32,000 nt of DNA from the NCBI RefSeq assembly GCF_000007185.1, contig NC_003551.1, forward strand, positions 180,001 to 212,000, read 5' to 3'. The notes beneath the pieces are model-generated. The model was not told the origin of the DNA. It saw nothing but the letters and a program-made list of their open reading frames with translations, and did no database searches. This document shows positions 1 through 8,326 of the stretch, piece after piece (position 1 is the first letter of the stretch; every line of letters begins with the position of its first letter). Made by a program: the position numbers and the translations under genes. The DNA comes from Methanopyrus kandleri AV19. GTDB taxonomy: Archaea > JAADCQ01 > Methanopyri > Methanopyrales > Methanopyraceae.

Positions 1-135
1 GAGGCAGTCCGGAAGGCGTCCCCCGACGTGGTGGTCGTTCAGCGATACGTCGGGGACAAGGAGGTCGGGATCGACCCCGAAGAACTCGCCGAGAAGCTCC
101 GAGAGAGTTGTGAGAATGTCGTGGTACGGGTGTGA
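1..135 (+). CDS. C-terminal fragment of an unidentified protein (gene begins upstream of the window)
   Basis: Frame +1 is open from base 1 to TGA 133-135 (EAVRKASPDVVVVQRYVGDKEVGIDPEELAEKLRESCENVVVRV). Codon pattern matches neighbouring genes. No family recognised. Confidence 0.4.
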   Translation, partial: EAVRKASPDVVVVQRYVGDKEVGIDPEELAEKLRESCENVVVRV

Positions 136-141
136 TTATGT

Positions 142-1521
142 TTGAACGTTGCATTCGAAGTTAAGGATCGGGACGTGGCGGGCAGGCTCGGGCGTCTCGA
201 GGTCAATGGCAGGAGACTGAAGACGCCCGCCCTGTTGCCCGTGGTTAACCCCAACAAACCCACCTTGGATCCACGGGAGATCTCCAAGCTAGGTTTCGAC
301 GGGGTGATCACGAACGCCTACATTATCCGGAAGCACGAGCACCTACGCGAGCAGGCGCTCGAGGAAGGCGTCCATGGGCTCCTTGGGTTCGACGGGTTCG
401 TGATGACGGATTCCGGCTCGTTCCAGCTGGCGGAGTACGGCGATGTCGAAGTATCCAACGAAGAGATCGTGCGGTTCCAAGCGAAGATCGGGTCAGATGT
501 GGGCACTATCCTCGACGTGCCGACGCCACCCGACGCTCCGAGGTCCAGGGTCGAACGTGACCTCGAGACCACACTGAAAAGGGCTCGCGAAGCGGTGGAG
601 CTCGACGAACACCCTCCGTTAGCTCTCACCGTCCAAGGGTCCACGTACGAGGACCTTCGGAGACTGTGCGCAGAGAAACTGGCGGAGCTGCCGGCGGCGG
701 TGTATCCCGTGGGAGGCGTCGTACCGCTGCTGGAGGAGTACCGGTTCGTAGACGTGGTACGAGTGGTCCTAGCCGCGAAGTCCTCGCTGCCTCCACATCG
801 CCCTGTACACCTCTTCGGTTGCGGGCATCCGCTGGCGATTCCACTCGCCGTCGCGATGGGGTGCGATCTGTTCGACTCCGCATCTTACGCTATCTACGCC
901 AGATCGGACCGGTACATGTCCATCCTAGGTACTCTGAAGTTAGAGGAGCTGGAGACCTTCCCGTGTTCCTGCCCAGCGTGTACACGACACGATCCGGACG
1001 ACGTCCGCGAGATGGAGCCGCGAGAACGTACCCGAGTGTTGGCTACGCATAACCTCTACGAGTTGCGCAGGGTGATAGAGACCACGAGGCAGGCTATAGT
1101 GTCGGGAGAGCTATGGGAGTTGGCCGAATCGGTATGCCGAGCACATCCGCGTGCTTGGGCAGGGATGGTGGAGTTAGCGCGACGTGGAGGAGAACTGGAA
1201 CGATGGTGTCCGGCCGTAAAGCGTAGCGTGTTCGTATGCGATGAGGTCTCGAAGGGACGTCCCGAGCTACGTCTCTACCGTCGACGGCTCCGGGACAGGT
1301 TCGGCGAGCTCTCGGGGCGTAAAGTGGTGAAAGGGATAAGCAGACCCTACGCAGAGATCGTCGAGTGGTTAGAACCATGGGAGCTGGCGTTCGCCGACGA
1401 GTGGTTAGGAGTGGTACCCGGAGAACTGTCATGGTCGTACCCTTGCCACTGCCTCGTGGAGCCTAGCGGGGATGATGAGGGTGAGGACCGACGGAGGGGT
1501 GAAGAGGGTCGCAGGCGCTGA
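142..1521 (+). CDS. tgtA: Archaeosine tRNA-guanine transglycosylase, catalytic + C1 part only (no PUA domain)
   Basis: TTG start. Motifs: LKTPALLPVVNP, MTDSGSFQ (catalytic Asp region), LFGCGHP, and zinc site CSCPACTRH...HNLY. At 459 aa it ends in a charged tail (GDDEGEDRRRGEEGRRR) rather than the C2/PUA domains of the roughly 580 aa ArcTGTs. Confidence 0.85.
   Translation: MNVAFEVKDRDVAGRLGRLEVNGRRLKTPALLPVVNPNKPTLDPREISKLGFDGVITNAYIIRKHEHLREQALEEGVHGLLGFDGFVMTDSGSFQLAEYGDVEVSNEEIVRFQAKIGSDVGTILDVPTPPDAPRSRVERDLETTLKRAREAVELDEHPPLALTVQGSTYEDLRRLCAEKLAELPAAVYPVGGVVPLLEEYRFVDVVRVVLAAKSSLPPHRPVHLFGCGHPLAIPLAVAMGCDLFDSASYAIYARSDRYMSILGTLKLEELETFPCSCPACTRHDPDDVREMEPRERTRVLATHNLYELRRVIETTRQAIVSGELWELAESVCRAHPRAWAGMVELARRGGELERWCPAVKRSVFVCDEVSKGRPELRLYRRRLRDRFGELSGRKVVKGISRPYAEIVEWLEPWELAFADEWLGVVPGELSWSYPCHCLVEPSGDDEGEDRRRGEEGRRR
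1472..1521 (+). ncRNA. Candidate box C/D sRNA embedded in the tgtA-trm1 overlap
   Basis: Layout: C ATGATGA (1472-1478), 13-nt guide, D' CGGA (1492-1495), 3-nt spacer, C' GTGAAGA (1499-1505), 12-nt guide, D CTGA (1518-1521). C and D are canonical and spacing fits archaeal C/D sRNAs. No terminal stem, and the whole element lies inside coding sequence. Confidence 0.3.
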
Positions 1522-2362
1522 GTTCGTCCTTTATAAGGAAGGGGGATCGGAGTTTTACGTGCCGGACCCGGAACGTTACTCTCAGGATGGCCTTCCCACC
1601 CGTGATGCACCGGTAGCGTTCGCACCGAACGCCGCCGTGAACAGGTCCGTACTCGTCCTGTTCCACCGAGTACGTCCTGTGAGGAGGTTCGGAGACGTGT
1701 TCTGTGGTGTCGGCGCCAGGGCCATCCGCCTTCATATTGAAGCCGAGGTGGAGTGGTCCGTACTATCCGATGTGAACCCCATTGCGTGTCAAATCGCAAT
1801 GATCAACGTCCGGAGACTCGGACTACCATCGGAGGTTAGGTGTATGGATGCCGTCGCCGCACTTTCTACCTTCGACTTCGATGCCGTCGACTTGGACGTG
1901 TTCGGGACCCCGATACCGTTCGCCCAAGCCGCGTTTCGGTGCGTACGCGACGGTTACGTGCACGTCACCGCCACAGACCTCGAATCGCTGTATACCCCGG
2001 CGGCCCGCCGCAAATATCTCCTCGAGGGACCGCTCCCTCGGCGGGACACGGATCTAGAGGTCCGGGCTGTGGTAGGAGCCTTAGCGCGCTTAGCGGCTTC
2101 AGTTGACATCGGGATCGAGCCGATGTACTGCCTCGTCGAGCCCGGGGTTAGGATTCGGGTGGGATTGGAGTGCCGTAGGGGCCGGTCCAGAGCGAACGAA
2201 ACTTTGGATATGCTAGACTACGTCGACGGGGTAGGACCGGTCTGGGGAGGTGATCTTCACGACGAAGACGTCGTCGAGGAGATGTTGGAAGAGCTCGACT
2301 GTACGGGTTGGAGCGAAAAACACGCCCGGGACGTCCGGAAGTCCCTAGAGGTAACATTTTGA
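1472..2362 (+). CDS. trm1: tRNA (guanine26-N2)-dimethyltransferase Trm1-like methyltransferase (short form)
   Basis: Trm1 pattern: FYVP...NRSV, SAM-fold DVFCGVGARAIR, LSDVNPIA, DAVDLDVFGTPIPFAQAAF (corresponds to IDLDPFGSP). ATG ATG start overlaps the tgtA end by 50 nt; GTG 1481 or 1499 are alternatives. Only 296 aa. Confidence 0.7.
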   Translation: MMRVRTDGGVKRVAGAEFVLYKEGGSEFYVPDPERYSQDGLPTRDAPVAFAPNAAVNRSVLVLFHRVRPVRRFGDVFCGVGARAIRLHIEAEVEWSVLSDVNPIACQIAMINVRRLGLPSEVRCMDAVAALSTFDFDAVDLDVFGTPIPFAQAAFRCVRDGYVHVTATDLESLYTPAARRKYLLEGPLPRRDTDLEVRAVVGALARLAASVDIGIEPMYCLVEPGVRIRVGLECRRGRSRANETLDMLDYVDGVGPVWGGDLHDEDVVEEMLEELDCTGWSEKHARDVRKSLEVTF

Positions 2363-2396
2363 GTATTCGAGGCGGATAGTCGGCGGGTGTCTCGAG

Positions 2397-4016
2397 TTGA
2401 ACGAGGTGATCAGGGAGGTGGAGAAAGTCCGAGAAGCTCGAATTGCACGGACGCTGGCCACCCAGCATCCTGACGCGACGAAGTTCGTGAGGGTGCAGGA
2501 GGAGCCTGAGGAGGCCGTGGAGTGTCTGGTCGAGCTCGGCGCGGAGGAATACATGGTGGATTTCGAGGGCAAGCTGACGCCGTACCTGCAGCCCATTCAG
2601 GTCCTCATGGAACTGTACGACGCCGGCGTTCGGGTGGGAGAGGAACGTTTCGTGATCGTCAGGGTACCTAGTGCGACGAAGGAGAACGTACTACGCCAAG
2701 TCCAGGCCCTGCTGGGTGTAATGGAAGCCAACTCGGAGTTGCTTAAGGAGGACCCAGACGCCCGCGGGATCTTCGAGGTAGTACATCCCATGACGTCCTC
2801 GCCCGAAGAGCTCGTGGAAACAGTGGACAGGATCTCATACGCGCGCAGGTTCGCGTCCCGTGAGCTAGACGTACCACTTAAGGCGGGAAACCTCCGGATC
2901 ATCCCACTTATCGAGGAAGTTCCCGAACTCCTAGACATTCGCAACATTCTAACGGGCTACGTGGAAGGGATGCGTGAAATCGGGATGGACGTCAGCTACC
3001 TCAGGGTGTTCATCGGACGCTCCGACCCCGCGCTATCCTACGGGCATCTTCCGGCGGTCCTCGCCTGCAAGCTGGCCATTTTCGAAGTGTATGAGCTGTC
3101 GGACGAACTAGGTGTCCCGATGGCGCCTATCTTAGGAGGCGGGTGCCTGCCGTTCCGCGGCCATATTAGGCCGGGAATGGAAGAAGAGTTCGTAGAGGAG
3201 TACGCGGGCACCGCCACGTACACCGTACAATCCGGATTCCGGTACGATCACGACCGGGAAAAGGCCGTTGCGTCCATCCGCCGCATTAACGAGCTCGCCG
3301 CGAACGACCCACTCCAACTTTCCGGGGACGACATCGAGTACCTCGTCTTAGCCACCGCGATCTTCATGAAGCACTACCTCAGCGTGTTCTTCCGTTGCAT
3401 AGGTACGCTGAACATCGTCGCCGACATGATCCCCAATACAAGGGACCGATTGGCACGTAAGGGGCCCGTAGGGTACGCGCGGGACATTCCCGAACCTGAC
3501 CGTGTCGGAGCACAGTGTAAGGACCTTGGAGATGTGGGTCGTGAGTTATACCGCGAACTGCGCCGAATGAGGGTCGAGAAGCTGCCCGAGCTGCCACGCG
3601 CGATCAAATTCACGGGAGCCTGCTACACCGTCGGGATGCCACCGGAGCTCATCGGAACCGGAAGGGGACTCGCGGAGATCGAGGAGCGGCTAGGTGAAGA
3701 TGCGTTGGACGCTGTGATCTCACGATTGTACCCCATGCTACGCGAGGATCTGCAGTTCGCAGTGGAGTACACCTTCCTCGAAACGGCCGGATCCGTCCTA
3801 CCGTCGTCCGGAGTAGCGATGGTCAACACCGACCTGGAGTACTGCGTCGAGTACCTCGACCTGGAACCCCCATCCGACTTCGAGTACCAGAACCTGGTAC
3901 ACACGTTGGAACCGTACCTCAGGTACGTGGTCTCGGAGGGTGGTGTAGAGGAAGTCAACCCGTTCGTGAGGGATCTCCTCCTCGAGATGGGCCGAATGCG
4001 TGGATCACTCGGATGA
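2397..4016 (+). CDS. ppcA: Archaeal-type phosphoenolpyruvate carboxylase
   Basis: 539 aa, TTG start. N-terminal ARTLATQHPDA motif and overall length and layout are typical of atPEPC (PpcA), distinct from the roughly 900 aa bacterial Ppc. Confidence 0.75.
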   Translation: MNEVIREVEKVREARIARTLATQHPDATKFVRVQEEPEEAVECLVELGAEEYMVDFEGKLTPYLQPIQVLMELYDAGVRVGEERFVIVRVPSATKENVLRQVQALLGVMEANSELLKEDPDARGIFEVVHPMTSSPEELVETVDRISYARRFASRELDVPLKAGNLRIIPLIEEVPELLDIRNILTGYVEGMREIGMDVSYLRVFIGRSDPALSYGHLPAVLACKLAIFEVYELSDELGVPMAPILGGGCLPFRGHIRPGMEEEFVEEYAGTATYTVQSGFRYDHDREKAVASIRRINELAANDPLQLSGDDIEYLVLATAIFMKHYLSVFFRCIGTLNIVADMIPNTRDRLARKGPVGYARDIPEPDRVGAQCKDLGDVGRELYRELRRMRVEKLPELPRAIKFTGACYTVGMPPELIGTGRGLAEIEERLGEDALDAVISRLYPMLREDLQFAVEYTFLETAGSVLPSSGVAMVNTDLEYCVEYLDLEPPSDFEYQNLVHTLEPYLRYVVSEGGVEEVNPFVRDLLLEMGRMRGSLG

Positions 4017-5067
4017 CGGGGACGGATTCAAGTGCACGGCCTCGAAGATTTCCTTGACTAGTTCAGGGCCCACACCGAGGGCCACGCAATGGTGGTTCCC
4101 CCGCGGCTCGAACTCCTCCTCCACTAACAATCTAGCTTGAACGCGACACTGGTCGTCGCGCCATCGGGTCTCTACAACGGAAGCTCCGACGGCGTACGGG
4201 TACCGAGCCAACACGCACTCACCGGTCGGTAGGACACCTTTCACGGCGTGTGGTGCGCCGGTTTCCATGTGATCTACTATTTCGAGTTCTCTAAGCAACT
4301 CCAACGGGCAGGCACAGTGGGCGAGACGCGTCCCGTAGCGATCCAGCTCGATCACGTTTCCGATGAAGGGACGGATACGCGCGGGCGTTAGCAGGGTCGT
4401 GACCAGGGCGGCGGGATCGCCCTCGCAACAGTAAGGCACGTCCAGCGCGGAGAAGTACAGACAGGGAACCCGCACCGAACTCCTCGTAGAGGGAGAAGCA
4501 GTCCCCCGTGATCGCGTTGGCTCCGTATTGTGAGAGCACGGCATGCAATTTACCGGCCAAGTCCAGGAAGTTACGGTTCAACTCCGACGGATCGATACCG
4601 TGGGCACGGAGCTTCTCCTCGAAGGATCCGTCCGGATCGACCGATTTCACGTCCTCGAGGTCTACCTCGACCGTCTGGAGGTACGGGAGGTCGGAGGGGT
4701 CGGGACCTCTGATCCAGCTACATTTCCCTCCAACGACCAGGATACGGGTTCCCACGAGACGCTTGAAGGCACGTATTGCCTCCTCCGCACGGCCGACGTG
4801 AAGCGTCGATACGCCGACCTCGAGTGCGGCCGCTAGGGAGTTGTAGGAGTGCCAGTGGAGGAGGAGCACCGCCGAGGACCGCTCGAGGAGCGCCTCTATC
4901 GTGTCCTCCGTACCGCCGGTGGCTACCAGCGCCACGGTAGGTGAGTCGGGGACGTCCTCGGGGTCGGTAACGATCCTGGGTTCGAGGTTGAACCTATCAG
5001 CGAGCCGTTCGGCTCGTCGCAGTACATCTCGATCGGCTAAAGGGGAGGCCAGGATCGTGAGTTTCAA
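4005..5067 (-). pseudogene. L-fucose/arabinose isomerase-family (COG2407-like) gene split by a +1 frameshift
   Basis: ORF 4291..5067 carries the N-terminal part up to ...ITGDCFSLYEEFG. ORF 4005..4544, in another frame, continues with VPCLYFSALDVPYCCEGDPAAL...GNHHCVALG, matching the family's CEGD and xHH motifs. The homology-consistent switch lies near 4462-4480. TTG start overlaps the upstream stop (TTGA at 5064-5067). Confidence 0.6.
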
Positions 5068-7520
5068 GGCCCCATCCCCTTGGCCCTGCGGTACTCGTTG
5101 AGGGTCACCAGCGTGAGCTCTTCCGGGTCGGTAATGTGGTGCGAGCGGCCGCCTGAGATTCCGGCGATGTGTTCGATCAACCGAATACCTTCCTCGGGCA
5201 GTTTAATCCCGATCGTAGAGATCGTCACTCCCATTCGGCTCGCTGCGGTAGCTTCGGATAGTGCCTTCGTCTCCGGATCGGGCTCCCCTTTGGTGGGTAC
5301 CCCGTCCGTCAGTAGGATCATGTGCCAATCCCGATCTGGTCTTCCACAGCGTCTGAAAAGCTCAGTGCCTACGCGGATCGCATCGCCGATGTCCGTGGCA
5401 CCACCGGGCTTCAGCGACATCACCTTGGTGATGATCTCCTCCACATCCGACGTGATGTCCACAACGATCTCCGCCTTAGTGTTGAACCCTACGATACCTA
5501 CTCGGTCCCCCGCCTTCACGCTGAAGTGAGCGAGAGCTATCGCGGCGCGCTTAGCAGCGTCGATGCGGTCTCCCGACATGCTACCGGAGGTGTCTATGAC
5601 GTACACGATATCGAGACATACCTCCTCCTCCCTGTCGAACGAGCGCAGATCTTCGGGAAGGATCTCGCGACGTCCGCGGCGAACGGCGGTCCGGAGTGAT
5701 CCACGTACGTCGAGATTCGCGTAGGGATCTCCACGACGGTACTCTCGGGAGTAGCTCCTACTCCCAGTGCCTCGCTCACTCAGACGTTTAGCCGCATGAT
5801 GTCCAAACTCGGTGCCTTCGAAGGCTTCGAGCTCCTCGATCAGCGCGGAAAACGCCGCGAGTTCTCTACCTTTTAGTGTCAGGCTCACGCCTCCTTGGTA
5901 AGATGGGCGCACGAACCCTAGTTTTTGAAGGATCTCCAGTCTCCTCTGGATTTCCTCCTCTAGCTCGTCTATGAGCGAGTAATCGTGCTGCTGTGAGGCG
6001 ATTTCGTCGTAGGACCACCCCGTAATTTCCTCGATGAACCTCCGACCATATTTCCCCTTGACGTATGCCGCACTGGTAACCAGGGACTCCGCCAGCTGAT
6101 CGGGTCGGATGTACTCTATACCCCGGTTGAGCAGTTGGCGGAGGACGCGGGCCGCGAAGACGTACTCCGGCTCCCCTTCGACGTATTTGCGCTGGTCCTC
6201 CTTCGTGAGGGCTCGGAATCGCAACCTCCTGTGGTACTCATCATCCAGAACCTCACCATCCGCGGCTGAATCGGTGGCTGAGGTCTTTTGACTCTCACTC
6301 CTCGAAACCGTACGAGAATCCGACCGACTTCGCTTTTCGCTTCCAAGCCTCGCCCCGTCCGGATGTTCCTGAGTACGCCTCGGCCTCCACCGGCGACTTC
6401 TCCGACGTCCCTCAGGGGCGCCAGTCGACGCCCCCTCATCGGGTTTCGACTTTCCCGGGATCCCGTCCGTGTCCGGCACTTCGGTCTTCCCGTATCCCTC
6501 GAGCACCTCCTGGATGATCTCTTTGATGACGTCCTCCTCCGATTTAACGTGTTGGACCCTCGGACTCAACTTGATGCGCTTGCGGAGGACCGAAGGAGCG
6601 ACCTCGATGACGTCCTGCAGCTCGACCTTCGATCTCCCTTGCAACGCCGCATGAGTTTGCGCCCGCTCGTATAAACCGATGGTGGCGCGGACGCTGGCGG
6701 GCCTCTCGATGTCGTCGTGGTCTCGAGTGGCTCGAACCAGGTCGACTATGAACTCGAGGACGTACTCCGGGACCTTCACTCCGAAGTCTTCTCCCCGTTC
6801 GACGACGATGCGTTTCTCGGTCTCCTTGGATTTGGGATACGTCATCTTCACGGTATCAAAGCGATCTAGGAGAACCTCGGAGAGTTCCTCGGTTCCCGCG
6901 TATTCGTGTGGGTTCATGGTGGCGATCATGACGAAGTTGGCGGGGTAGTCAACTTCGTAACCCGCGATCGTAGCACGCTGCTCCTCTAAGACTTGGAGCA
7001 GCGCGTTCTGGAGCTTCTCGGGACATCGGTTGATCTCGTCGAAGAACACTACGCCACGGTTGCCTCGGAGCAGCTTCCCTGGAGTGAAAGCCCGAGGGTC
7101 GGTCGGTCCGTACTCGAGGGCCGCGATGGGATCTATGTCTCCGAGCAGATCCTCCGGAGTGAGGTCAGGACTCCCCTGAATCCGTACGAACCGCTCACAC
7201 CCTGGAATGGTCTCCGTCTCGAGCTCGTCCTCGTCGCGAGCTCGGCACAAGGGACATACCGGCTCCTTCGGATGACAGTGGAAGGGACACCCCTTCACAA
7301 CCTCAGCGGGAGGTAGGAGGTCCGCGACGGCGCGAGCGAGGGTCGTCTTGCCGATGCCGGGCGGACCCTCGATGAGCACGTGCCGTCCGGCGATGAGCGC
7401 GGAGAGAACCTGGATCTTGACCTCTCTCTGCCCGAGAATCTGAGGGAGGGGATCCTCGCCTTTACCGAGCTTCTCCAGGACTACCTCGCGCAGTTCCTCA
7501 TACACTTCCCTGACAGTCAA
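5064..7520 (-). CDS. AAA+ ATPase (ChlI/MoxR-like) fused to a C-terminal von Willebrand A domain
   Basis: Walker A GPPGIGKT, Walker B VVFFDEINR, ChlI-like NFVMIATMNP. Basic, Ser-rich linker at about 6252-6482. CoxE/ChlD-like YRRGDPYANLDVRGSLR followed by MIDAS VIDTSGSMSG. Start trimmed to TTG 7520, which overlaps the nth stop (TTGA). Confidence 0.75.
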   Translation of the reverse strand: MTVREVYEELREVVLEKLGKGEDPLPQILGQREVKIQVLSALIAGRHVLIEGPPGIGKTTLARAVADLLPPAEVVKGCPFHCHPKEPVCPLCRARDEDELETETIPGCERFVRIQGSPDLTPEDLLGDIDPIAALEYGPTDPRAFTPGKLLRGNRGVVFFDEINRCPEKLQNALLQVLEEQRATIAGYEVDYPANFVMIATMNPHEYAGTEELSEVLLDRFDTVKMTYPKSKETEKRIVVERGEDFGVKVPEYVLEFIVDLVRATRDHDDIERPASVRATIGLYERAQTHAALQGRSKVELQDVIEVAPSVLRKRIKLSPRVQHVKSEEDVIKEIIQEVLEGYGKTEVPDTDGIPGKSKPDEGASTGAPEGRRRSRRWRPRRTQEHPDGARLGSEKRSRSDSRTVSRSESQKTSATDSAADGEVLDDEYHRRLRFRALTKEDQRKYVEGEPEYVFAARVLRQLLNRGIEYIRPDQLAESLVTSAAYVKGKYGRRFIEEITGWSYDEIASQQHDYSLIDELEEEIQRRLEILQKLGFVRPSYQGGVSLTLKGRELAAFSALIEELEAFEGTEFGHHAAKRLSERGTGSRSYSREYRRGDPYANLDVRGSLRTAVRRGRREILPEDLRSFDREEEVCLDIVYVIDTSGSMSGDRIDAAKRAAIALAHFSVKAGDRVGIVGFNTKAEIVVDITSDVEEIITKVMSLKPGGATDIGDAIRVGTELFRRCGRPDRDWHMILLTDGVPTKGEPDPETKALSEATAASRMGVTISTIGIKLPEEGIRLIEHIAGISGGRSHHITDPEELTLVTLNEYRRAKGMGP

Positions 7521-8149
7521 GCCTGTTCCCCTCCGTACGGGCAGAAACGACGGACGAAGCACAACTCGCACTGGGGTTTTCGAGGACGGCATATCTCGCG
7601 TCCGAATTGTATGAGTGCGAGGTGCGCTTTACCGCGTTCGCCCTCGGGAACCATCTCGTGTACAGCCTCCTGGACCTCGAAGTACTCCTTCGAGTCGGTC
7701 AGACCGAGCCTCCTCGAAACCCGAGCTACGTGGGTATCGACCGGACAGACGTCATGACCACCCGCGAACAGCAACACCACGTCGGCTGTCTTCGGACCGA
7801 CCCCTGGCAGACGCATTAACTCCCGTCGCGCTTCTTCCGTAGGCTTCTGAACGATCTCCTCGAGATCCAATCCGTCCGCGAGAATACGTTCACAGCACTC
7901 CTTGATCATTTTGGCCTTCTGACGGTAGAGCCCGGCGTCGCGGAGCGTCTCGACGAGATCCTTCAGATTCACTTCTGCGACGTCTTTCGGAGTCTTGAAT
8001 TTCCGCAGGAACCTTTCCGCCACTCTGTCCGTCACGTCGTCCCTGGTCCGTTGAGATATGATGGCTTGAATGAGGGCCCGGAAAGGATCACGCCGTACCT
8101 TCAGCTTTTTCATGATGGGGTGATCCTCGTAGTGCTTTACGATCTCCAT
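7517..8149 (-). CDS. nth: Endonuclease III (DNA glycosylase/AP lyase)
   Basis: HhH motif LPGVGPKTADVV, VDTHV, and 4Fe-4S ligands C-x6-C-x2-C-x5-C (CRPRKPQCELCFVRRFC). Start trimmed to ATG 8149 (MEIVKHYEDH...). The ORF-track extension to 8350 is Gly/Pro/Arg-rich and antisense to a tRNA. Confidence 0.85.
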   Translation of the reverse strand: MEIVKHYEDHPIMKKLKVRRDPFRALIQAIISQRTRDDVTDRVAERFLRKFKTPKDVAEVNLKDLVETLRDAGLYRQKAKMIKECCERILADGLDLEEIVQKPTEEARRELMRLPGVGPKTADVVLLFAGGHDVCPVDTHVARVSRRLGLTDSKEYFEVQEAVHEMVPEGERGKAHLALIQFGREICRPRKPQCELCFVRRFCPYGGEQA

Positions 8150-8237
8150 CACGGGATTCACGCGTCTCCCCGGCCCTACTCCCGGCGAAATCCTTAAACT
8201 CGGTACCGAGGGGAACATCCTGAAGCCCGGTACCGAA

Positions 8238-8326
8238 AGGCCGCCGCCACCGGGGTGGTCCCCGGGCCGGACTTCAGATCCGGCGCGCCCCGAGTGGGGC
8301 GCGGGGTTCAATTCCCCGCGGCGGCC
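8238..8326 (+). tRNA. Selenocysteine tRNA (anticodon TCA), 9/4 fold
   Basis: 9-bp acceptor GGCCGCCGC/GCGGCGGCC. 6-bp D stem with 4-nt loop (CCGGGG-TGGT-CCCCGG). 6-bp anticodon stem with loop CTTCAGA (TCA at 8273-8275). Long variable arm GCGCCCC-GAGT-GGGGCGC. 4-bp T stem GGGG-TTCAATT-CCCC. Discriminator G; CCA not encoded. Confidence 0.88.

Noticed and set aside
410-416. Other TGATGA-type C-box matches: 410 (+), about 6240 (-), 9604 (+), about 15728 (-), 17442 (+), 30657 (+), and ATGAAGA/GTGAAGA at 21453 (+) and 21562 (-)
   Set aside because: None has a xxGA D' or D box at the required 12 (+/-1) nt spacing, nor a second C'/D pair. They are consistent with chance occurrences in coding sequence.
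4005-5067. Two independent overlapping genes (4291..5067 and 4005..4544)
   Set aside because: The overlapping portions of each ORF (Arg/Ser-rich tails and heads) look non-coding. The family-like segments join into one isomerase-like protein if a single frame change is allowed.
5064-7520. Calling the AAA+/vWA protein a magnesium or cobalt chelatase subunit (ChlD/BchD/CobT)
   Set aside because: The domain order is similar, but no ChlH/CobN-type partner is in the window. The middle region differs (basic linker, winged-helix-like segment), so only a generic AAA+/vWA call is justified.
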